A DNA stretch of 64,000 bases from Vermamoeba vermiformis (Eukaryota): positions 1-64,000 of the forward strand of contig JBEWZL010000012.1 in assembly GCA_045837725.1 (NCBI GenBank), in the 5' to 3' direction. Below the pieces are notes generated by a model. It was not told where the DNA came from. It worked only from the letters and a program-made list of their open reading frames with translations, and made no database searches. This document shows, in pieces, positions 1 to 10,878 of the stretch (positions within the stretch are counted from its first letter, which is position 1; every line of letters begins with the position of its first letter). Position numbers and translations under genes: made by a program.

Positions 1-112
1 GGTTGCCGTCTCAGTAGGTTTTTTAATTGAAAAATATGCTTTTAATTGTCTTTTTCAAAATTTAACAGATCGTTTTCTCGCGCGCAGAAGGAGACAACGA
101 TTTCTGGTTTCA

Positions 113-440
113 ATCGTCTTTGCGCGGAGACGAGATGCAAGACTTTGTGTTTTTTTGACATCGTCTCCACGTGGAGACGACCTGCAGGACTTTGTTTTTT
201 TCTTGGATCGTCTCCGCGTGGAGACGACCTGCAGGACTTTGGTTTTTTTGTGAGATCGTCTCCGCGTGGAGACGACCTGCAGGACTTTGTTTTTTTGTGA
301 GATCGTCTCCGCGTGGAGACGACCTGCAGGACTTTGTTTTTTTGTGAGATCGTCTCCGCATGGAGACGACCTGCAGGACTTTGTTTTTTTCTTGGATCGT
401 CTCCGCGTGGAGACGACCTGCAGGACTTTGGTTTTTTTGA
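113..440. repeat. Tandem array of ~7 copies of a 47-bp unit containing a hairpin (TCGTCTCC-gcgt-GGAGACGA), the palindrome CCTGCAGG and a T-tract
   Basis: Unit gatcgtctccgcgtggagacgacctgcaggactttgtttttttgtga starts at ~160, 207, 254, 301, 348, 396, with a degenerate copy at ~113. The short ORFs here are repeat artefacts. Confidence 0.95.
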
Positions 441-780
441 GAATGTTACTCAGGGTGAGACTTCTTTTTTTTCCCGCAGATAATTTGCCAAAGTAAACTT
501 TTACTTAAGTAAAAAATCCTCGGGGGTAGAAAATTCTTTATTTTTTTGAGGGGGGTGTCAGGGCTAGCCCTATATGGGCAAGCCCACTTACATATATGAA
601 TATAAAATGGAAACTTTGTAGCTACTTTTTACAATATTTTATTTTTAACCCTCTCACCCCCAAACCCTAAAGCTATATTAATTCGTACCATTTGTAAATT
701 TCCGTCGATCAAATCTGAATCGAGAAAATGACAGCCAAATTAATTCACGTAGGCCAGTGGAGAGTACGTAATAATTTCAA

Positions 781-1028
781 TATTATATTATAGATATAAT
801 ATTAATGTGATTAAAGAAAATCTTTTGGATTTGCCCGGATTTTTAGATTCAGCGACTTCTTTGGGAAGCGCTGCAACCTTTGCGTTGCATGACAAAGTAG
901 AGCTTTATTATTATACTTTAGATATAATAGCTGCGATTAAAGCAAATCTTTTGGATTTGATCGGATTTTCAGATTACAGCGACATCTTTGGGAAGTGCTG
1001 AATCTTCAGTTTACACGAGTAGAGCTTT
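781..1028. repeat. Diverged direct tandem duplication of ~125 bp
   Basis: tagatataat..gattaaag(a/c)aaatcttttggatttg..cggatttt..cagcgac(t/a)tctttgggaag(c/t)gctg..agtagagcttt occurs at ~781-906 and ~907-1028. Confidence 0.85.
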
Positions 1029-1499
1029 GGGCAGTACTCGTGTAATTAATAATAAATACGACGTGTGGGGCGTAGCCTCCTATATAGTATAAAACACTAC
1101 TATAAAGTGATCCAAAAAAAATTGGACCTTAAGAATCTTGCCATAGCCGAAAGAGGTGATGTCATGAAAAAGAACTAATATGGTCAATTATCTTGGTGAA
1201 CTTATCTCTTTGCGTGACACCCCAAAGATTGGGCTTTCTGCGACCAACAAAGTCCACAAGCTTGTCAAAAGATTCTCATCCAATCTTCGAAACTATGAGC
1301 TTTTTCATGTAGCTCAGGTCAAAGCTTTCCTCCATTCGAATAAAATTATTATAAAAAATATATCTTGGATATGTACTGTGTTTGTTGGTATTAATATTGA
1401 ATTCAAAATTGCAAAATGGAGGAAAAATTTGAAGTTCAAAAAAACATGTATCTTTGGGAACAACTCATTGAAAATTCGCTGAGAGTTAACCCCCACTAC

Positions 1500-4400
1500 A
1501 ATGTTTGACAGAAGCTTACTTATTTTACAAACTGTGTTTGCAAACTTCATTCGGACTTCATACAGGTCATCATAAATGAAGAAATCACCACCAGAGAGAA
1601 AGCAAACATCACACATGTCACAGCAGTTCCTCAAAATACATTAGGCTGGAGGTAGGAATATGGGGCAGATACCATAATAGTGCCAGCACTGTCTATCATC
1701 TCTGCACCACCAAAAGAAAAGGTGACTGGCCTTATGCTTCTTCTTCATGTTTGTATGGTGACCAAGATCCTCATAGTCAGAAAACAGCAAGCACTCACTC
1801 TTCTCTTTCTCTACCAGCTCTACGCAACATGTCATTCGGAGGGTGAAACAAAAAACTTTCAATACTTGCACCATTACCTGTTGATTTGATTGTAGTACAA
1901 AAGCATGGAAGAAGGCATAGACCAGTGAATTACATATCTATAATCTGATCTGTCAATGTTACCTACAATAATGCAAACAGGCTGTTCTGCTTGTATTCTA
2001 TTGCTGATTGTTGTGACCCATTGATAATCAATCACCAACACCAAGCTATTTTAAAACATCTGAACACTGAAAATTAACTCATTAGTTACCTGTCAAAGTG
2101 CCTCATATAATTTAGCAGTTGCTGTTTTGTCACGGTAGATGACACCACTGCACATCAGGTACTTGTTGATCAGATTAGTAACAGCTTGCAAGTTGGCAGA
2201 CTTCAAACTATATCTGTTCCCTTCACTTTTTTGACAAACATTCAAAATGTTCAGTACTTAGAAACAGAAGATATAAACCATCAATGGCTTACAATAAGCA
2301 AACCAACTTTACAACTTCCAACTGCAAATCTTGTAAAGCTGCCATTGATTGCATTGACAGTTGGACTGCTTTAGTTTAGTCAGTTGGTTTATGCAACTTT
2401 TTTACTTACAGGTAGCAATTGTGACCAGTAGATTGTGGACTTTTGCCGCATGTTGTACACACTGGAAAGTTGAGTGTCATTCACCAGAATTTAGCCAAGG
2501 GGCTTGTTGAAAACAATTCTGATAACTTTAATTAGAGAACTAACTATCAAACTACAGATTAAACACCTGTTTATAGGCAACATGAACATCCAATAATTGC
2601 TCCATTTCAAAACAATTCTGCAGTTAATTGCAAAAACAATGCTCCAAAATCTGACAGGACAGGATAGCAACTGAAATTGCCAGCATTACAAAAGAAAGGT
2701 AGGCCATTAAACAGCAAAAGATGTTGCAAACAAATCAGAGGAAATACTAGGTGATGAAGCAAAAAGACATCCCTCAATCAATTTCATAATTTGCCTAATG
2801 ATGGCAGTGTCACACGGCTCAATGACTATTGCAGCACCTTTAACAAGGAGAGCAGGCATCTACACAGTGTTACATAATGAAAACAAGTCAAGAAAGACTT
2901 ACCAAAAACATAAACTTTTTGAATGCTGAAATAGCATTAAAGATAAGTTATTATGCCAACAGACTTACCATGAAGTTGCCATGCAACACAATATCATGGC
3001 TGCAACATGCACCTCCTACATTGTAATAGTATGATGTATGCTTACTTTGTGTAGTGGCACAGGATGCAGCCTTAGAGAATAACATGCACAGTGTTGGCAA
3101 GGAAATACCCTGTGTTGTTGCTGTTGCATGGATGTGTGTTGTTGTTTTCTTTGAGATTAATAATAACTGTGACCTTCCTGCCATATCTAATCCTCCTGGG
3201 CGATGACCTCCCTTGCAGAACAAGGTCACATCCTCCTGGGTGAAAACCTTCCTTGCCAAATGAGGTCACAGTAAGCCTAATATATAAAAATTGCAAAGAA
3301 CTAATTTTTGGGTGTACCTGATGGTGACTTTCAGAGCAGCTGGTCATGACTAGCACCAGCATCTTTCTAGAAGTATTTGAGCAAATATTGAAGTAAAATT
3401 GAACTTAATCACTGCAGCTTAAGCAAAAGCACACTATATTGAAGCTATGGGAAGATCCACTGCATTGCCAGTCATGTGAATTGATGAGAAGCAAGTTCCT
3501 TACTGTCATACAAACTTAACAGAAGTATAATTTTTAGTTGAGAGCTGCTATGAGTATTGAGGATTGGCACAAATGGATGAAGCATCACAAGAAGGACATC
3601 AACTTTGAAAGAAAGATTTATGATGATTAGTTGGTCCAAATTAAAGAACAAATTGAACTAAATGCAGGGCCTTTTCCATTGCTCCACCATAGGAAAGATG
3701 GCTGCTGACTTTGCTTTCATTGATCTTTTCCATTATGGAGGAATGTTAGATTACATGTAGCAAATCAGAGTAGAGTTTCCTTTTTGGAATAAGGTTAATG
3801 GAGATGAGTAACATTCAATTAACTTTTCAATGTGAGCAAGCACAAAGACTTGCTTATTCAGCTGCTGGATTGTTTAGCAGAAAAGCTGTGGCAAATAGTC
3901 AAAGATGCAAAAATGAATTTGAAGAAAAGAATAGCTTAATCAAGCAATGTGGAGAACAAAATTAATAAACCACAGACAATGCCATAGGCCAAGCAATTTT
4001 AGATTTTCTCACAGACCTGAACCTTCTACACATCTATCTCCAAACAATGCTAAATGTCAAACAAACTTGTGAACAAACCAATACCAGCACTTGTTTTGAA
4101 AAGAGACTGAGTTTAACTATCAACACACAGGTGAGTGGACATGAACCACCACCCCAAAAAAGAACTAAGGTGGCAACTATGCAAGGCTGGCAACACAATC
4201 ATGTTTGTCTTTTTCATTTTGGAAGGTTGAAAATCAACAACATTTTTGCCTAGGTATCATTGGTTAATTCCTTCAATAAATAAATAACACCTCATTACCT
4301 AACAGAGAAGAAGAGGGCCAGTTGGAACTATGCTCCTATACATGGACTTTCTCTTCTCCCCAGAACATGCCAAGTTGAAGGATCAGACATTAACCGCACC

Positions 4401-4970
4401 ACAAGAAGGAAAAAAGGAGAACTAATTGTCACATCTTGCTCTATCTTCCCAAGGGGACACAGAGAATGTTGAAAGCAACCAACTTATTTATGCACCAATG
4501 AAAAGAATATTCTTTCAAATGGCTATTATTTCCTACTTTTTTTTTTTGAATATCAGAAGATGTCCAGCTAATGACATCATCCAATTCCATGCCAGTAGTT
4601 GCCAGCTTGATGCATTGCTTGGCAAGGTAACTTACATGTTTCCAAAAGCACAGCTACCAAAGAGTAAGGATCACTTTCTATCAAGTGATATACGACTTTT
4701 CAACAATATTCATCAATTACTCAGGTTCTGAAGAGCTTTGAATTTACTTTCTTTTCTGCTAATGGAATCAAAGCAACAGGAAGTTGATGAGCTAAAAGCC
4801 CACCTGCTAGAAGAGTCTTTTGTAACCTGACATCCTACTATTGCAGCAGAGGAAGTTTATTAGTACTAAATAACAATTACGTTTAAGCTTGTAAGCAAAA
4901 CCTTTGCCTCCTGCAACACAAGTTCCTTCACTGGCCAGTGCTCAGAAAATCTTGTAAGAAAAATGAACAC
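1500..4970. pseudogene. CpG-depleted decayed sequence, possibly a degenerate transposon
   Basis: No long ORF, very few CG dinucleotides and abundant TG/CA. A + strand fragment near 2700-2930 (GH*TAKDVANKSEEILG...INFIIC) weakly recalls hAT/DDE transposases. Confidence 0.35.
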
Positions 4971-5060
4971 AGACATCAGTAAAAGTTGTCCAAAGGGTCC
5001 TCTTTTTGGATGAAAATGACCACAGATGGGAGTAATAAAAGATGTAATTTATTAAGACAT

Positions 5061-8000
5061 TTAGTTATCCTTCTTGGACTTGTTCTTCTTTGAAGGTGTA
5101 TTGCCTGAAGACTTGGCAGCAGCACCACTGACAGTCTTAGTGCCCTCTGGAGTGACAGGCTTAGTAGGAACAGACTTGATGGGCTTGAGGCACAAGTAAA
5201 TAGTGACCACAACAAAGATGATAACAGCAGCAATGATAACTTGGTTCTTCCACTTGGGAGGATTGAAGTCACTCAATGTGCACGCGATAGGGTTGTTTTT
5301 ATCATTAGGGAACAGTGGATTCTGTAGCGCAACCAATCAGTTCGAAATAACACCGTAAAGTAAAAAAGGGTGATTGTTTACCTTTTGGAGGCACTTCACG
5401 TTACTGTTGTCGTGAACCAAACGCCACAAAGCACTAGTACCGTGATCTTATGGAGCATTAGTTCATTAGTCGTCATACGAATGTGAGCACAACTTACCGA
5501 TCAAGTTCAATTCGGTGATCCAGTACTTGTCAAACCAACGCGCATTCTTGCCCATATGCGGTGCGGGCTTCCACAATAACTCCTCAAGAGCGTTGGAAGG
5601 AGTGCAGTTGAAGGGCGATTGCACTAACAAGCACTTCATCATGCTGTAGCCTATTGTCTCGTGTTAATGAGTGTGCGGTTTAAGTCAATTCCTTCGTAAC
5701 GTACCAGGTGAGAATCGATCAGCAATACCCAAAGCGAACAAGCTGAACAGCGAAGTGATCAATTGACTGCGAGGAACAGTGGTACCAGGGTAGTAAGTCT
5801 CGTCCAGGTATTGACCAACGGTAAGATCTGAATGGATGCAAGAGTTAGTAAGGGATCGGTTTATAGCGACTAGACGCAACGTACCAACTTCATCGGGGTT
5901 AGCATAGAGACGCTTAAGAGCAGCCAAGTACTTGGGGTTGGTAGTGAAATCTTCGAACTTCTTGCGGATGGGGACTTCGGGAACACCAGTGTAGTAAGTG
6001 AAGTACTAAGAGAAACAAATGAGCACGACGTATTTACATTTGACGAAATAACTTACTTGGTTGAATGTGGGCAAACCACGCTCGCGCTCGTGATAAATGG
6101 TCCAAGCTACGAGATCAAATCCGGTGTGCTCTTGAGGGTCACCAAAGTTGAAGCGCATGTTGCGGTAAATATCAGAGGTACCCGTGTGGAAGCGAGGGAT
6201 CTTAATTGAGGCCATGCCACGCAACACAGCATCGAGACCGACCTTGAGGAATCCTTCAGCGTCGAAGGAAGTGTTGACAATGTTGTACGTGGTGACAACC
6301 TTGCCGCTTTCGTCGATGAGGGGCACATCAGTCGGGAGAATTTCGTGGAATCGATAGCCAATAGCCATCTCTTGCGAGGTAGTCACTGGCTTGCCGTTGA
6401 CGAGTGCAGGTTGGAACGGGTAAGGATGATAAGGGTTTAACTGCAACACGTTCTTGCCGTGCCATTGACGGAACAACGGTAAACCATCTGTAGCAATGAA
6501 CGTTAGATAAGCTTGTAACGAATGATGATGCGATCTGTCGTCGTACCCCATCTGGGCTTGGGCATCTCCTTGGTGAAGTAAGCTTGTTGGTAGAGATTAG
6601 CAATCATCTGATACTTGGTGGACATGGCAATGCGAGCAAAGTTGAACAGCTTGTCGTCGTCCCAGTCCGGATGTTGAGCCACGAGCAGATCACAAACTCT
6701 GTTGTGTTCACGGAGCAACAAAGTCTCGATAGCCATCAACAACTGTACGATTGGGATAATTAATCTTAATAGTAGACGAAGTAAATTGCTGCGGAGACGT
6801 ACCCAATCTTGGTTACCGCGCGGATCACCGGTGGCGAACAATTTGCTTTGGTTCGCGTTACCAATCATGTGCAAGCCCAAAGTGTTGAAGGGAGGATATT
6901 CGCCACCGTCAGGACCGATTTGAGTCAACATCTTGCCTTGTTTACCCAAGCGCAACTTGCGACCCATTTCTTCATCCGTGCCGTACATTGCTGACAGATC
7001 GAGCCAGCTAGTAGCGCCGTTCATAGTTTGACGAGGGTTGGAGCTATTAGTACCTGTAAAAATGCATATTTAGAAGACATAATCAAAATCAACCGCGGTA
7101 AATTGACACGAAGATTTCAATCTCGTCATTCAGCTGTCAGATCCACAAACACAAAATAAATAGTCATGCGATTACTCACCAGTACCCTTAATAGGTTGAT
7201 TACGCCACACGGGCATTTTCTTGTTGCCTTCGCACTTGGGATCAAAGAAAGGATCGCACTTGGGAACGGGAATATATTGCAGATCCTTTTGTGACGGAAC
7301 ACTCCAAGCGATGTCATGAATAACGAACTCGATCAAACCAACCAAGATTGGTGTGTGCTCGTAACCGGTCTCGTTGGTAGTCTAAATCACAGTGAGTTGT
7401 TACGCCGGCGGTTGAAAATCAGATGCAGTTCCACGTTACCTTAGCGAAAAACTCGTTGCTGAGTTCACGAGGGCTAGGGCCTTTACGAGGAGTCGAGGCC
7501 ATATATATTCGTATTAGCTTAATCAGTTCGCGCGAAATAATTGCAACGGTTACTAATTTAAACCTCTTTTGAAGAAACCACAAAATCGAGATGATTATAA
7601 TCAGTAAAATATTATAAAGTACTTACGCCGTCGTCATAATAAGTAAAAGGAACGTCGCGAGAGAACGCGTTTCCGGCCTTTCCGTATTCTGCCTCGCCAT
7701 CCTTGGGCCAGTTGCAAGAACCGTCCATAGTACGATAATAGAACTTTTCTGCAATAAGATCGCCGTTAGCATTTTTTTGGTGAATATTCTAACGCATCCA
7801 AAAAGATATTTTTTAAATCCGGGTCTTTACCTTTTGATTGGCATTTAGGGTCTACTTTCCAGTCCTTTGGCAAGCCAAGAGCGGCAGCATTATCCCACTC
7901 ACCGCCAGCTTTGTGGACGCTGTGTCGAAGCAAACGGTCGAAATCCTCTTTGGCAAAAGGCATGTCGCTGGCGAACTTCATGAAGGGGTAATCGTCGTAC

Positions 8001-8158
8001 TCGACGCCCAAAGTATCCAAAGCCATGTCTTTGTAGTAATGGAGCCATTCTTCCCAGTTCTCTTCGTGTTCATCGTTGTTTACAAACGGATTGGAAGCCG
8101 ACGCGATCAAGGCCGCGCATACAACCATAAAACCAATAAACCAAAGCTTGTTAGCCAT
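5061..8158 (-). CDS. Heme peroxidase (peroxidase-cyclooxygenase superfamily), alpha-dioxygenase/COX-like, with signal peptide and C-terminal TM anchor; multi-exon
   Basis: Exons encode LIEFVIHDI (distal His region), NGATSWLDLSAMYG, GDPRGNQ, LLREHNRVCD..HPDWDDDKLF..AR, GYRFHEILP (proximal His) and ERERGLPTFN. There is an N-terminal hydrophobic signal and a C-terminal VIIAAVIIFVVVTIYLCL followed by a Lys-rich tail. Confidence 0.9.
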
Positions 8159-8811
8159 AGTTATTGATTAGTGGTCGTCAGTTGGTTTTAATGCTAATAA
8201 TGTTCAATGGTTTCTCCGCTCTTCAAAACGCGCCAAAAGTCAACTAAAAATAAAACAACCGGAATAACAAAACTTCCTTCACTGAACAATATACTAGCCG
8301 GACACATGCAGAAAAGTTTAATAAGGCAAAAGGCAAACAGGGTTTACCGGTGGGCAAAAATAATTCGCTACCTTAGTCTTCAAATTATGATTAGTGCGCC
8401 TGAACCACTCGGCTAGAAAGCAGGTTAGAGCTCCGACATGTTATTAATTCACTGTATTTTATCTATATATAACGTTAATTTAACCAGTAAATTTCAACAA
8501 CTGTTATTCCGCCGATCAGATACAATACAATCGCGACAATTAACCAAGGCTTCCTTTTCGAATAAATTAGGTAAAAATTTCAACAATACTTATCAAGAAG
8601 GAAAATGGAAAATCCTACCTGCTAATAATTAATGGTGATCACGATGGATCTACAACACACCCAACGTAAGTATTTGCTTAGTTGCAATAATAAAATATAA
8701 TATAAACCTAGAACGCTAGAACCATGACCTGGAATCAGGTCGGCGAATGAAATCCTCCCGCGCTCATTGGTCAGCCGCCAGAAATCTCCCTGCTCCACGC
8801 GACCAAAAAAA

Positions 8812-8920
8812 AAGCCCTGAGAGATTTTTGCCCTGATTTATTTATTTGTTGAACCCTGGTGAAAGCCCTGATTGAACGGTTCGTTTAACATTCGCATCTA
8901 ACCCTGGTAAGCCCTGATTT
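8812..8920 (+). promoter_or_regulatory. Cluster of (A/G)CCCTG(A/G) motifs upstream of the FAD oxidoreductase
   Basis: agccctgag, gccctgattt, aaccctggt, agccctgattg and aaccctggtaagccctgattt lie within ~110 bp. ATTGGTCAG is at 8766. Confidence 0.4.
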
Positions 8921-9020
8921 ACTGCAAATTAATGCGTGCTGTTGCCTGCTCGAATTCGTTTCTAAACTAATAATTAATTTAAAGCCAGAAATTAGCCAAC
9001 TCAAAACTACAACGAAAATT

Positions 9021-10840
9021 ATGGACGTAATAGATCTGCTTATTGTAGGTGCTGGTCCACACGCTTTGTGCTCGTTGCTTCGTTTGCTCGAAGGCAAGGG
9101 TGTCTACTCAGATCACGAGCTAGGCACGAAGCGCAAGTACTACAAAGAGAACGCGCCCGTGAAAGAGCTGAACCCGCTCGGTTTGAGCTACAAAGTCGTC
9201 GACCCATCTGGTCACTGGATGCACCATTGGGACAAGCAATTCGAAGTATTCAATATCCCACAGCTACGATCCCCGGCATTCGTTCATCCTGGTAAGCAGG
9301 CCTTAATACCGTTGAGTATTCGATAGAATGGTAATTTGACAAGTTTAGATCCTTTCGATGACAAAGCGTTATTCGCTTACGCCGTCAAAAACAACCGCGA
9401 AAATGAGCTGTATGACGTGTTCGACGATATTCTCGAGAAGCAAGTGCATTCTACTCAGGCACCATCGAGCAAGAAAAAGTAATTTAGCGAAATCTGCCGC
9501 GGCAATCTAGCTAACATTTCTTTAGAGCAAAGCTCAATTCTCGCGTCTTCAACCAACAAAACGATCGCTGGATGTACAAGTCGCCGTCAACCAAGCTCTT
9601 CAAAGACTTCTGCGATGACTTGATCCGGCGTTACGAGCTCGCTAATTGCATCATCCAAGGCACAGGCAAGTATCTCGTTTTGAACAGACAACTGAACTTT
9701 AATAATTCGTTCAACAGTACACCGCGTCGAGCCGGTCTTTGGCTCTAACTCGACAGTGCCTCTGTTCTTTGACGTGTCGATTTCTTGCGAAGACGATGGC
9801 TCCTGCAGTCACGTGATCAGAGCCAAGAAAGTGATCATGACCACTGGCCTTACACAGCCCAATGTCCCTGAGTGGTGCTCTCGAGCGCTAGAGGAATATG
9901 GAGCTGCAATAGGCGAGTGTTCAGATGTCAAGCAACTATCGACAGGTGCCAACACGCGACTCTTTCACTCATCGACACTCGTCAATTATCTGTCGAGAAA
10001 CAATGTTTCGGTGAAATCGTTCTGGGCCAACATGTCTAACACGCGTGCGCTCATTGTGGGTGGAGGACTAACGAGCAGTCATCTCGCCTTGAACTGTCTG
10101 CGCGCTGGCTGCAGCAAAGTTCATTTCGTAGCACGCAAGAAATTGCTCAGCAAACACTATGATGTGGACTTGAAGTGGGTCGGCAAGTACAGAAAAGTGC
10201 ATTTGAATCAGTTTTGGGACAAAGACTTTCGAGGTAAGTCACTTGACTAGGGACTGTTCAGTACAAAGACTATATATTTAACTTTGACCAAACAGAGCGA
10301 CACCAAATGATTCGTGAAGCTCGTGGTGGAGGATCAGTGTCGCCATATGTGTTGAAAGAGCTCAAAGAACATGCGGCGGACACGAATCGGCTCAACATGC
10401 GCGAATGTAGTAGCGTCGAGCACGCGCGGTGGGATCAAGAGCATCGCGTGTGGGAAGTGCTGTTGACTAACGGCGAGACCATTCAGGTCGATTATATCTT
10501 TGTAGCTACTGGCAGGTACGAGGTCTCACGTTTCAATATCACCGAAATGCTAATTGATTATAGGGTAATCAACATCGAGACTGAACCGATCTTCAAAGAC
10601 TTGATGCAGCAATGTCCCACAGAGACGATTAATGGCCTGCCCAAACTTTCGATTGACTTGCAATGGCACTCAGGCTGGGACCTGTACCTCAGTGGTGCTT
10701 ACGCAGCTCTGCAAGTTGGCCCTGACGCACTCAACATAGCCGGTGCACGCACTGCTTCGGAGAGAATATTTGCGGCACTGAATGGCGACGAGTACTTTGG
10801 CGATGAAAACTTCTTTGACATTCTCGCCAATGCTAATTAA
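9021..10840 (+). CDS. FAD/NAD(P)-dependent oxidoreductase (lysine/ornithine N-monooxygenase-like fold); multi-exon
   Basis: LIVGAGPHAL (FAD GxGxxA), WDKQFEVFNIPQLRSP..VHP, IVGGGLTSSHL (NAD(P)-binding), FVATG, and GAYAALQVGPDALNIAGAR. Confidence 0.85.
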
Positions 10841-10878
10841 GGTTTGCTTTATCTACCATTCTAACGACTGTACAAATA

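Noticed and set aside
113-440. CRISPR array
   Set aside because: Units are near-identical head-to-tail with no unique spacers, there are no cas genes, and the context is eukaryotic.
113-440. Synthetic cloning construct (BsmBI CGTCTC/GAGACG and SbfI CCTGCAGG sites)
   Set aside because: Copies are degenerate and grade into natural flanks, and no vector features are present.
46-496. ORFs 46-300, 110-361 and 266-496
   Set aside because: They are translations of the tandem repeat.
650-675. Telomeric repeat (aaaccctaa)
   Set aside because: It is a single imperfect copy, not an array.
2700-3420. Confident hAT transposase call
   Set aside because: Similarity is fragmentary and interrupted by stops, so it is kept only as a low-confidence decayed element.
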